Notes: a model not told the origin generated them from the sequence alone. DNA of 32,576 nt from a virus (IMGVR_UViG_3300005805_000276:1-32576); one strand, 5' to 3'. Positions 16,090 to 24,280 are shown, counted from the first letter of the stretch. Program-made: numbers and translations.

Positions 16090-16118
16090 ACAATAACAGA
16101 CTTGTTTATAAAAGGGAA
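16090..16118 (-). promoter_or_regulatory. Possible leftward promoter
   Basis: TTCCCT-17 nt-TATTGT with TGn; weaker match than the other two leftward promoters. Confidence 0.4.
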
Positions 16119-16150
16119 GCATTTATTTGTGGAATACATCATTTGGAGGA

Positions 16151-16330
16151 GTTTTAGCTTTTCTAGCAAATGCTAGCACTTGCTAGCTTTGCTAAGCAAA
16201 CTGTAGCAAACTGTAGCAAACTGTAGCAAACTGTAGCAAATCTAGCAGTAATAGTAATAGTAATAGTTATGGTAATAGTTATGGTAATGGTAAAAGTTAT
16301 AAAATATATTTATAAATAAATATATATAGC
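16151..16330. repeat. Putative replication origin: 10-bp iteron array, hexamer repeats, AT-rich tract
   Basis: CTGTAGCAAA four times exactly (16201-16240), in phase with four degenerate units from 16161; then (GTAATA)3 GTTATG..., then pure A/T at 16297-16328. Confidence 0.7.
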
Positions 16331-16725
16331 AGTCTTTTAAAAAAGTTAAAAAAGCGTTGTGAATCTCTAATCAGTCGAGCAATAGTTAAATAATGCGTTT
16401 TGCAACAACTGGCATCAATCACACGGTGCGAAAATGCGTTTTAGGTATGTAGACAAGGGGAAGCGTATTTTGAGAGCTTAGAGAGGCGTACATATTAACA
16501 ATGCAACTGTACGGGATTTCCGAACGGTTCAACAAGCAACAAATAACAGTATCATATCGGTGGCGTCAACGAAATGGTGTGTAGGTAACACTACCACGTT
16601 ACTGACATCAGTAAACTGGTTTTGCATCCGTTGCGATTGCGAAACCTGCGAAAGTTGCGAAAATGGACGGCTTCGGTTATAATGGGGAGGCTTGGAAGTG
16701 CCGAGCGATAGGAAAGGATGAAACC

Positions 16726-17325
16726 ATGAATAAACCATTGATGAGCCTTTACTTGGCTTTTGCTTTACTTGTCACGCCGTGTTTGGCTATGGCTGGCAAG
16801 GATGATATTAAGATCGATGTGCAGGGTGTGGAGCTAAAAAGCGGTAAGGTCAAACGGCAATTCAACGCGTACAAGATTACCGTTTCTAACAATTCTAAAA
16901 ATCTTGTTCGTATCCTAAATGCAACGGTGCAAAATGGCGTTAATAGTACAGGGGCTTATTCGGCTTTAGATTTGGATCATTCAGGGGTTGGTTTGTTGTG
17001 GGCTGTTGGAATACCGCTTAGTCTGGTAACGTTTGGCGGTGGTATTATTGGAGCTTTAGTGATGACTCCTTTTGTTGTGATTGAAAACAACAACGCCAAA
17101 CGTGAAGTCGGCATGATGACGTCCAAGTTCAAAGATCAAGTCGTTTATGTGGAAGTCCCCCCTTTGCAGTCGTTCAGCTTTGCGACGCTCGTCAATCAGC
17201 CTAAGAAGCCAGTGATTAAGTCACAGCTTGCCAAGTACAACTTTCAAAAACCAGCCGTTCAGCTTACTGTTGAAGACCAAGCGACGAGAGAAAGCTTTGT
17301 TGTTGACAACCGCTTGCAAAACTGA
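16726..17325 (+). CDS. exported/membrane protein, moron-like
   Basis: AAAGGA SD; signal peptide MNKPLMSLYLAFALLVTPCLAMA; central hydrophobic Gly-rich hairpin; own terminator. Confidence 0.8.
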   Translation: MNKPLMSLYLAFALLVTPCLAMAGKDDIKIDVQGVELKSGKVKRQFNAYKITVSNNSKNLVRILNATVQNGVNSTGAYSALDLDHSGVGLLWAVGIPLSLVTFGGGIIGALVMTPFVVIENNNAKREVGMMTSKFKDQVVYVEVPPLQSFSFATLVNQPKKPVIKSQLAKYNFQKPAVQLTVEDQATRESFVVDNRLQN

Positions 17326-17373
17326 TAAGATGACTTTGCTAATTTTTTCATCGTTTATCCTTTCTTTATCAAC

Positions 17374-17410
17374 AAAGCCCCCCGATGATGAGTCGAGGGG
17401 CTTTTGTTTT
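17374..17410 (+). terminator. Intrinsic terminator (possibly bidirectional)
   Basis: AAAGCCCC...GGGGCTTT-TGTTTT. Confidence 0.75.
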
Positions 17411-17415
17411 ACCTA

Positions 17416-17444
17416 TTGACGAAAGCATCTAAATGTGTCATCAT
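17416..17444 (+). promoter_or_regulatory. Possible promoter for the packaging operon
   Basis: TTGACG-17 nt-CATCAT with TGn. Confidence 0.45.
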
Positions 17445-17482
17445 GCAAGTGTGTAGTAACTCTAATCTGGGGAGGGTTCCTT

Positions 17483-17926
17483 GTGCCTCATAAACCGCCA
17501 AAAAAAGGTGAGTGTTTACCACCCCATGAACCCGATGAAATATCACGTCGCTATGTTCAAAACGGCGTGCTAAACGGCTTTTCACACAAGCAAATTGCAA
17601 ACGTTATTGATGTCTGTGAAGACACCTTGCGAAAGCACTACGCAAAAGAGCTGGCATCAGGTAAAGAAGTGCTTATCAATAAAGCCACAGACCGCCTAAG
17701 GCAGGCATTTATGTTTAACGATGAAATGCTTGATAAGGATCCTCGCACGGTGGCTCAATCCGTTCAGTTCTTCCTTAATGCTAAAGGTGGCTGGAAGCAA
17801 CAGGCACAGGTAGACCAAAACACAACCCTTACCGTCGATGAAGCCCTTGTCGAGCAAATAAAAAACATGGACTTCGACAACATCATCGCACTAGGCAAGG
17901 GACTTGATAAGCTGGAGGGTCAATAA
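17483..17926 (+). CDS. terS: terminase small subunit (HTH type)
   Basis: GTG start after GGAGG; PPHEP...QIANVIDVCEDTLRKHYAKELASG...FFLNAKGGWK pattern of HTH small terminases. Confidence 0.75.
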   Translation: MPHKPPKKGECLPPHEPDEISRRYVQNGVLNGFSHKQIANVIDVCEDTLRKHYAKELASGKEVLINKATDRLRQAFMFNDEMLDKDPRTVAQSVQFFLNAKGGWKQQAQVDQNTTLTVDEALVEQIKNMDFDNIIALGKGLDKLEGQ

Positions 17927-18318
17927 TGCCGATTCGTGATGATGTTCTGTTTAGTCGATTGGTAGGCTCTTTAAGCCATTTAAGCCTTTGCGTCCAAACA
18001 GGCACGGAGCTAGACAACCCCACAATCAAGCGTATTCACGAAGTGGTCAATCATGTGTGCATGCCTAGCGGATTCGTGGGACAGAACGAGGACTATTTCA
18101 AAGAAACCATCAATCTGCTACTGGAATACATTGAAACCCTTGAACGTCCCCACGCTCTTATTAAAGAAGGCAAGGCATCCCCAGCGATTCAAAGGGCTTT
18201 TATTCAGGGGGAATTGAGGGCAAAGGGCATAAGCCTATTGGCTCCCACGACACGCATCATGGCGTGTTATGATGAATCAAAAGTGTTAAAATACTACTCA
18301 ATCAGCAAAGGGGCTTAA
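17926..18318 (+). CDS. hypothetical protein
   Basis: 130 aa; TAATG overlap with terS. Confidence 0.7.
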   Translation: MPIRDDVLFSRLVGSLSHLSLCVQTGTELDNPTIKRIHEVVNHVCMPSGFVGQNEDYFKETINLLLEYIETLERPHALIKEGKASPAIQRAFIQGELRAKGISLLAPTTRIMACYDESKVLKYYSISKGA

Positions 18319-18319
18319 C

Positions 18320-18544
18320 ATGAAGTTTACATTCGCTCAAGACTGGCACGATTACAAAGTAGGCGACCGAGTGCCTGCAAGCGTTAATAAGTCGTACTTA
18401 CTGCGACACGGCTTCATCAAGCGATACAGCCACGTCGAAGCACTGGAAGCTCAACATGTGGAAGAAGAAGCCATACAGCCAACGCTAGACACGCCCACAA
18501 TCGACGAAACGCCTAAGCCCCAAGCCAAAGGTAAGAAGAAATGA
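18320..18544 (+). CDS. small virion-associated hypothetical protein
   Basis: YKVGDRVP...LLRHGFI with a Pro/Lys tail, resembling small proteins that usually follow the capsid gene. Confidence 0.6.
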   Translation: MKFTFAQDWHDYKVGDRVPASVNKSYLLRHGFIKRYSHVEALEAQHVEEEAIQPTLDTPTIDETPKPQAKGKKK

Positions 18545-18930
18545 GCTACACAGGCACGCCATCCGATTCAGCAAAAGACTTGATACGGTTCCTATTGCAA
18601 GATACCGTAAGCCCTTACTTGTTTACCAATTTAGAGATTACAACGTCCTACGCTTTGCAAGGCTCCGATATGGCTAAAACCCTTTCCATGCTTTGCACTG
18701 CGTTGGTTGCTAAATCGGCAGGCAAGCCACAGGATGAAGCCGTCGAAGGGCTTAGTGTTACATGGGGGAATATGGGGGCAAAATACGAAGCCCTTAAGCG
18801 TTCATTTGCCGAGATGAGCCAAGCAGGCACGCTTCCCACGTTTAACGGCGTTACTGCCACGACGGCTTCAAGCACAATGACAATGATTGTGAGTGAAGCC
18901 ACTTACCCATGGCAGGGCTTGCCACAATGA
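18541..18930 (+). CDS. head-tail adaptor (connector) protein
   Basis: MSYTGTP...DLIRFLLQDT..PYLFTNLEI and GLSVTW pattern of head-to-tail adaptors. Confidence 0.7.
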   Translation: MSYTGTPSDSAKDLIRFLLQDTVSPYLFTNLEITTSYALQGSDMAKTLSMLCTALVAKSAGKPQDEAVEGLSVTWGNMGAKYEALKRSFAEMSQAGTLPTFNGVTATTASSTMTMIVSEATYPWQGLPQ

Positions 18931-19256
18931 AGAAAGCCGTCGCCTCTTTGCTCGCACGATTCGGCACGGCTTGCACGGTGTCAGAAGTGGCAACAACCAC
19001 ACGTAACGCCACGACTGGAGCCGTCACAACCACGACCACGACACACACAGGCAAGGCTTACCGTCAAGTGGCAATGAAGGACACCAACGGATTAAATCCA
19101 AGCGTTAGTGCCGTCTTAATCGTTCAGCTATCGGATGATTACGTCATCAAGCCAAAAGACTTAATCACTCACAGTGGCTACACGAATCAGCAGGTGCTAC
19201 AGGTTCACACGGTCAGCCCAGCGGAAGGGCTGGCGTATCAGAAGATAGGGGTTTAA
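18927..19256 (+). CDS. head closure/stopper protein
   Basis: LLARFG..CTV...NATTG...KPKDLI...V.TVSP pattern; ATGA overlap with the adaptor. Confidence 0.65.
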   Translation: MKKAVASLLARFGTACTVSEVATTTRNATTGAVTTTTTTHTGKAYRQVAMKDTNGLNPSVSAVLIVQLSDDYVIKPKDLITHSGYTNQQVLQVHTVSPAEGLAYQKIGV

Positions 19257-20717
19257 ATGGCAAGCGTTCAAGCGTTACGCCTCGCACATGATGAAGCCTT
19301 GCGTCGCTTGTGCAAAGGCTCCCTTTACTTCTTTGTTAAAACCTTTTGGCACGTCGTGGTTCAACAGGGCGATTTCGTCCCCAATTGGCACATTGAGGCG
19401 ATTTGTGACCACTTGCAAGCCTTAGCAGAGGGCAGGCTAGAGCGTAACCGCTTGATGATATTCCTCCCCCCACGACACGCAAAGAGCATCATCGTAAACG
19501 TGTTCATGCCTGCGTGGGATTGGACGGTGCGACCTCATCGGCGGTTTGTTTCAGCGTCAGCAAAAGACAATCTTTCAACAAGGGATGCGGTGAAAGCAAG
19601 AAACTTAGTAGCGTCCCCCTTCTACCAGCGTTTATTTGGCGACGTGTGCAAGCCTCACGCCACACGGTGGGGGTCGAGCTATTATCAGAATGAACAAGGG
19701 GGCAGTCGCCTCCCTATTACCACGTCAGGCGGTACAGGTCAGGATGCAGACTTTCTCCTTTGTGATGATCCGCTAGAGGCACAGGACGCACGAAGCCAAG
19801 TAAAGCGAGATTCCTGTTTCTTTTGGTACGACTCCACCTTCACCACAAGGGGAACAAAAGCCGAAAAGACCCCCTTAGTGTTGGTTCATCAACGGCTACA
19901 CGAAGACGACATCGCAGGGCGTATCTTAGCAGATGAAGCCTACGCACGCCATTATGATGTGCTTTGCTTCCCCGCCTTGTATGACTCGAATCACCCTATT
20001 AAGACAGTCTCATCGCTAGGTTTTCAAGACCCACGCACACAGGAGGGGGAACTGTTATGGGAGGCACGTTTTGGTGAAGTATGGGTGCAACAGGAAAAGG
20101 CAAAAGGGGCGAGGCACTACAACAGCCAATTACAACAGCGTCCAAGCGTTGCAGACGGCGAAATCTTCAAAGAGGAGATGTTCCCTATTGTGGATGAGAA
20201 CGTCAACGCCATTATTAATGGTGCGACAGAGGTATTGCTTTCGGTAGATGCCACGTTTAGCGATTCGGAGCTTTCCGACTGCGTGGCGATTATCGTATTT
20301 GCACGGTACAAGGGCGAGTGGTATTGCGTCAATGGCATCAACAAGCAAATGGACTTCTTAGCAACCCTAGCGAGCATCAAGCAGATGATGAACGAGTACC
20401 GCCCTCATTCGCTTATAATTGAAAAGAAAGCCAACGGTGACGCTATCATAAGGGTATTACGTCAGCATGGTATCGACAACGTGCTTGCCATAACGCCGAA
20501 AGAGTCCAAAGAGGCAAGGGCAGAAGCCTCTACAATTTACCTTAATCAAGGGAGCGTCAAGTTTTTAGACAATCCCTTTACGGATTCTTTAATCGACCAA
20601 GCCATTGCCTTTCCAAATCGCAAGGATGACGACATGGTGGACGCCTTAACACAGTTCATCAATGCTAAACTAAATCGTAGACAGTCCGACGTCCAAGGCA
20701 TAAGCATAGGATTCTAA
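19257..20717 (+). CDS. terL: terminase large subunit
   Basis: Walker A-like PPRHAKS, Walker B LLCDDP, QRLHEDD, nuclease motifs SVDATF, IEKKANG, DDMVDA. Confidence 0.95.
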   Translation: MASVQALRLAHDEALRRLCKGSLYFFVKTFWHVVVQQGDFVPNWHIEAICDHLQALAEGRLERNRLMIFLPPRHAKSIIVNVFMPAWDWTVRPHRRFVSASAKDNLSTRDAVKARNLVASPFYQRLFGDVCKPHATRWGSSYYQNEQGGSRLPITTSGGTGQDADFLLCDDPLEAQDARSQVKRDSCFFWYDSTFTTRGTKAEKTPLVLVHQRLHEDDIAGRILADEAYARHYDVLCFPALYDSNHPIKTVSSLGFQDPRTQEGELLWEARFGEVWVQQEKAKGARHYNSQLQQRPSVADGEIFKEEMFPIVDENVNAIINGATEVLLSVDATFSDSELSDCVAIIVFARYKGEWYCVNGINKQMDFLATLASIKQMMNEYRPHSLIIEKKANGDAIIRVLRQHGIDNVLAITPKESKEARAEASTIYLNQGSVKFLDNPFTDSLIDQAIAFPNRKDDDMVDALTQFINAKLNRRQSDVQGISIGF

Positions 20718-20718
20718 A

Positions 20719-22089
20719 ATGGCAAAAAATAAAAAGTACCGCAAGCAAACACAGGCAACGCCTCAAAACATTCAAACGGCATCAACCTATTTGCCTTGGG
20801 GGCTATGGGGTACAGAAGCCACGACGCAGATCAACAACCCTACAGATGCGAGGGGTTGGATTCAGCGTTACTACGATATGCTAGAAACCGACACGATAAC
20901 GAGAGCCTTTTCAACCGTCTTGCAGTTGCTTCTCACAAGCCTTACGTTTGAGATTAAATCCAACGATGAAGACGACGGCGACAGTTTCCATGAGATCGCT
21001 GAAAAGATGTTCACGGATTGGGCTGGTGGCGACTTTAAGGACTTCCTGCGAAACTATGTGTCGACGTTCCTTTATGGCTTTTCCCTGTTTGAAATGGTTT
21101 TGCGAAAAGGCGAAACAGGCTACGAAGTAGACGATCTATGCTTTCACCCTCAACGGTATTTAACCGCTAAGTTTAAGGATTCTTACACGCTTGAAGGTTT
21201 TGATTCACTCCTCACGCAAGAAACGATCCAGCTATCGCAATCCGTGTATGCTAAAGGGATTGGCAACTTTAACATTTCCGCCTATGGCGAGTCCTTGCTA
21301 AAACCAGCTTACTTCCACTTTAAAAACAAGTGCTTTTACCTAACGAAAGAAAACCGTCAAGTGCAGATCAACTTGGAAGGTGTGCCGATTTTCACATTTG
21401 ATAACACTAAAAAAAACAAGGATAACATTGAAGCAGACAAAGCACGGCTTATGGCAGAAGCTAACCGCTACAAAGCAGGATTGGTAACTGGCTTAATTAT
21501 GGGATCTGCTCCGCATACCGACGACGAGGGCAGGATGTCAAACATCAAACGTGAAGATGTGCGTTTGATGAGCGTCGAGGGGTCGAAGTTCATTGACACG
21601 AACACATTGATTCAACGTGAAGAGAACAGCATCGCAAGGGCGTTGATGGCTGGCTTTCTTGTCATGGTGGGGCAGGATTCAGGAAGCTATGCCCTAAGCA
21701 AAGACACCACGTCGATGTTCAAGCTCCTTGTCGAAGGCATCGCACAACACCTTTGCGACACGTTCAACCACCAAGTCATAAAGCCGTTATGGGTGCTAAA
21801 TGGACAGCCCTTTGAATACTTGCCAGAGCTTACTTACGACAGCGTGGACTTGACGCTAGACGGCATGGCGACGTTCATCAATGCCTTAAGCGGTGCAGGT
21901 ATCGTGCTTACAGAAAGCCAAGAAGACTACCTCTTTGAATACGGCGGATTGCCTAAGCCCGAAGCCGAAGAGCGGTTACAAATGGAAGCGGATAAGCTTA
22001 TGATGAATCCGATGATGCAGGGGAACACACAAAATGAAGACATTTCAACTGATGCAGGGCAACAGCCTAGAACTACTCAAGACACTTGA
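20719..22089 (+). CDS. portal protein (DUF935-like)
   Basis: Follows terL; LYGFSLFEMV, YGESLLKPAY, GSYALSK, FNHQVIKPLWVLNG. Confidence 0.88.
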   Translation: MAKNKKYRKQTQATPQNIQTASTYLPWGLWGTEATTQINNPTDARGWIQRYYDMLETDTITRAFSTVLQLLLTSLTFEIKSNDEDDGDSFHEIAEKMFTDWAGGDFKDFLRNYVSTFLYGFSLFEMVLRKGETGYEVDDLCFHPQRYLTAKFKDSYTLEGFDSLLTQETIQLSQSVYAKGIGNFNISAYGESLLKPAYFHFKNKCFYLTKENRQVQINLEGVPIFTFDNTKKNKDNIEADKARLMAEANRYKAGLVTGLIMGSAPHTDDEGRMSNIKREDVRLMSVEGSKFIDTNTLIQREENSIARALMAGFLVMVGQDSGSYALSKDTTSMFKLLVEGIAQHLCDTFNHQVIKPLWVLNGQPFEYLPELTYDSVDLTLDGMATFINALSGAGIVLTESQEDYLFEYGGLPKPEAEERLQMEADKLMMNPMMQGNTQNEDISTDAGQQPRTTQDT

Positions 22090-24280
22090 AGACAATAGCG
22101 TGGATGCTATCGTAACAGATCCGCCGTATGGTTTGAGTCAACACTCACAGCGCGATATTGTCAACGCTTTAACAGCATGGCTTGCTGGTGAAGAGTACAC
22201 GCACGGTAAAGCTGGCTTCATGGGTAAGGCGTGGGATTCCTTTGTGCCTAGCCCGATGCTTTTTAAAGAGTGCTACAGGGTACTAAAGCACGGTGGACAT
22301 ATCCTTTGCTTTGCAGGGGCTAGAACGCAGGACTTGATGAGCCTAAGCATACGCCTAGCAGGCTTTGAGATGAGAGACGCTTGCTTGTGGCTGTATGGGT
22401 GTTTAAGTGAAGATACTGAAATACTAACTAATAAAGGGTGGGTACGTTACCATAAAAACATAGATAAAAATACCGTACTATGTTATAATAAAGAGAGTGA
22501 TAGTTTTGAATGGCACAAGCCTACGGATTCGTTTTATTATGAAAACAAACATACCGCCTACAGTATTAAATCAGATTTTACAGACCAAATTGTCAGCAGA
22601 AACCACCGTGTCATTGTTGAACGAGAAGGAAAACTTTTATTCGTTGAAGCCGAGGCACTTAAACGCCAAGAGAGTGTACCCTTTTTGGAAAGTTTGCAAT
22701 GTTTGCCAAACACCTTATATGGCACATACAAAGGAACAAGCAACGAGGAGCAAAACTTGTTCGAAAAAATGTATGGGGGAGATAATTCGCAAAGTAACCA
22801 AGGCGAGGTATACAACAAAAGAAAAGCCTCAACCGATGAAAGAATGCCCTGTTTGCAAGAAAATGTTTTACCCAGAGGGGCAATCAAAGAACAAGCCGAG
22901 AGTTTTTTGCTCAAGACAATGCAACGGAGTATTAAGAGGGGAAGCATGGAAAGCTCATGCACACAAGGGGCGTGTTTTATGGAAACAGGAGAGCGAACAG
23001 GCATTGAAAAAACGGATGACTGGTTCGACAAATCCAAGTTGGAAAGGGGGCTTAACTTATCGGAATCGCAAGGGGCAATACGCCACACAGAAAATAAAGT
23101 ATGTAAGGTGTCCGATAGAGTACATAGCAATGGCAAGGAAAGACGGATATGTAATGGAGCATCGTTTGATTGTTGCAGTGCAGATGCAGAGACCGCTAAC
23201 AAGAACGGAAGCGGTGCATCATATCAATCACGATGCAACAGACAACAGGCTGGAGAACTTAATGCTGTTCAGAACGAATGCGGAACACAAGCAGTACGAA
23301 CACGGAAAGCCTATAATTCCACTTTGGCAACCGTAACGCCTATAGAATACGAGGGGAATGTGTGGTGTGTGACTGTCCCTACTGGTGCATTTGTAGCTAG
23401 AAGAAATGGTAAGATATTTATAACAGGCAATAGTGGATTCCCCAAAGGACTTGATGTTGCTAAGGGAATAGATGTTGCTAAGGGTGAATTGCTATCTGAA
23501 AACAAGGCAATGAGTGGGGGCAATTATACCCGATTGACGCATGAACTACAAACAGACGAAGCCAAGCAATGGGAAGGCTGGAACACAAACTTAAAGCCAG
23601 CCTATGAGCCGATAATTATGGCTCGTAAACCTTTAGACGGCACGGTCGTCAACAACGTGCTAAAACACGGCGTGGGAGGCTTGAATATCGATGCGTGTAA
23701 GGTGGGGAATGAGACTGTAAAAACACAAGCCAAGTCAAAAGGTGAGAGCTTTACAAGTGTTGGGACTGCACACGGTTTTAGAGGATGTGAAGAGTCTATA
23801 AGACAAGGGCGTTACCCTGCCAACATCATCCTTGACGGCTCTGATAGCGTCGAGGCGTTGTTTCCTTATACTAAAACAGGGGGAGGCTCATGTCGCCCTA
23901 ATGGATGTAACCCTGAAACGTCAAGAACGAATTTTGCTTTTGGTGCAAACCATGAATACAAAAGAGACCCCTCCGAAGGCTCTGCTAGCCGTTACTTTTA
24001 CCACGCTAAAGCAAGCAAGGCGGATAGGGATGAAGGTATAAACGGATTAAATCCGCACCCCACAGTAAAGCCCACGCAGTTGATGCGATACCTTGTAAAA
24101 CTCGTAACCCCACAGGGCGGTTTAGTGCTTGACCCTTTCATGGGGAGCGGTAGCACAGGCAAGGCGTGTATGCTCGAAGGGATGCGGTTTATTGGTATGG
24201 AATTAAGCGAGGAATACATCAAAATAGCCGAAGCACGAATTGAACACGCCTATAATCAAGTGAGGCTACTCCATGCCTAG
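22034..24280 (+). CDS. beta-class N6-A/N4-C DNA methyltransferase precursor containing an intein (404 aa after splicing)
   Basis: N-terminal DAIVTDPPY, LKPAYEPIIMARKP, HPTVKP, C-terminal LDPFMGSGSTG; conserved WLYG|SGFPK split by the insertion. Confidence 0.93.
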   Translation: MKTFQLMQGNSLELLKTLEDNSVDAIVTDPPYGLSQHSQRDIVNALTAWLAGEEYTHGKAGFMGKAWDSFVPSPMLFKECYRVLKHGGHILCFAGARTQDLMSLSIRLAGFEMRDACLWLYGCLSEDTEILTNKGWVRYHKNIDKNTVLCYNKESDSFEWHKPTDSFYYENKHTAYSIKSDFTDQIVSRNHRVIVEREGKLLFVEAEALKRQESVPFLESLQCLPNTLYGTYKGTSNEEQNLFEKMYGGDNSQSNQGEVYNKRKASTDERMPCLQENVLPRGAIKEQAESFLLKTMQRSIKRGSMESSCTQGACFMETGERTGIEKTDDWFDKSKLERGLNLSESQGAIRHTENKVCKVSDRVHSNGKERRICNGASFDCCSADAETANKNGSGASYQSRCNRQQAGELNAVQNECGTQAVRTRKAYNSTLATVTPIEYEGNVWCVTVPTGAFVARRNGKIFITGNSGFPKGLDVAKGIDVAKGELLSENKAMSGGNYTRLTHELQTDEAKQWEGWNTNLKPAYEPIIMARKPLDGTVVNNVLKHGVGGLNIDACKVGNETVKTQAKSKGESFTSVGTAHGFRGCEESIRQGRYPANIILDGSDSVEALFPYTKTGGGSCRPNGCNPETSRTNFAFGANHEYKRDPSEGSASRYFYHAKASKADRDEGINGLNPHPTVKPTQLMRYLVKLVTPQGGLVLDPFMGSGSTGKACMLEGMRFIGMELSEEYIKIAEARIEHAYNQVRLLHA
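22461..22489 (+). promoter_or_regulatory. Candidate internal promoter for the nested HNH ORF
   Basis: TAGATA-17 nt-TATAAT with TGn extension, 7 nt upstream of GTG 22497. Confidence 0.5.
22497..23336 (+). CDS. HNH homing endonuclease with Zn-finger repeats, nested in the +1 frame of the intein (start uncertain: 22497, 22539 or 22644)
   Basis: CNVC..CSKKC, CPVC..FCSRQC, GSTNPSWKGG, YVMEHRLIV...VHHINHDATDNRLENLMLF. Confidence 0.88.
   Translation: MIVLNGTSLRIRFIMKTNIPPTVLNQILQTKLSAETTVSLLNEKENFYSLKPRHLNAKRVYPFWKVCNVCQTPYMAHTKEQATRSKTCSKKCMGEIIRKVTKARYTTKEKPQPMKECPVCKKMFYPEGQSKNKPRVFCSRQCNGVLRGEAWKAHAHKGRVLWKQESEQALKKRMTGSTNPSWKGGLTYRNRKGQYATQKIKYVRCPIEYIAMARKDGYVMEHRLIVAVQMQRPLTRTEAVHHINHDATDNRLENLMLFRTNAEHKQYEHGKPIIPLWQP

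Larger units (their letters stand above)
22400..23431 (+). mobile_element. intein (344 aa) in the DNA methyltransferase
   Basis: Block A CLSEDTEILTNKGW, block B VSRNHRV, block F VWCVTVPTGAFVA, block G GKIFITGN, followed by extein Ser+1. Confidence 0.93.

Noticed and set aside
15090-16120. tRNA or known riboswitch among the intergenic hairpins
   Set aside because: No cloverleaf with T-loop/D-loop consensus or recognisable aptamer could be identified by eye.
16201-16240. CTGTAGCAAA x4 as a CRISPR array
   Set aside because: 10-bp contiguous repeats with no spacers and no cas genes; fits iterons.
18991-19048. Thr-rich ACN repeats as a diversity-generating or tandem repeat element
   Set aside because: Low-complexity coding stretch within the stopper gene; no reverse transcriptase or template/variable repeat pair seen.
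22558-23202. 214-aa antisense ORF making a third long open frame across the intein
   Set aside because: Ser/Leu-rich, no motifs and no clear SD; most simply a by-product of the dual-coding constraint on the plus strand.
22400-23431. Reading the insertion as a group I intron, a frameshifted pseudogene or a class 3 intein
   Set aside because: The host frame is fully open with Cys1, block B His, terminal Asn and Ser+1. Block F has Cys, but Cys1 is present and the block B Trp of class 3 is absent.
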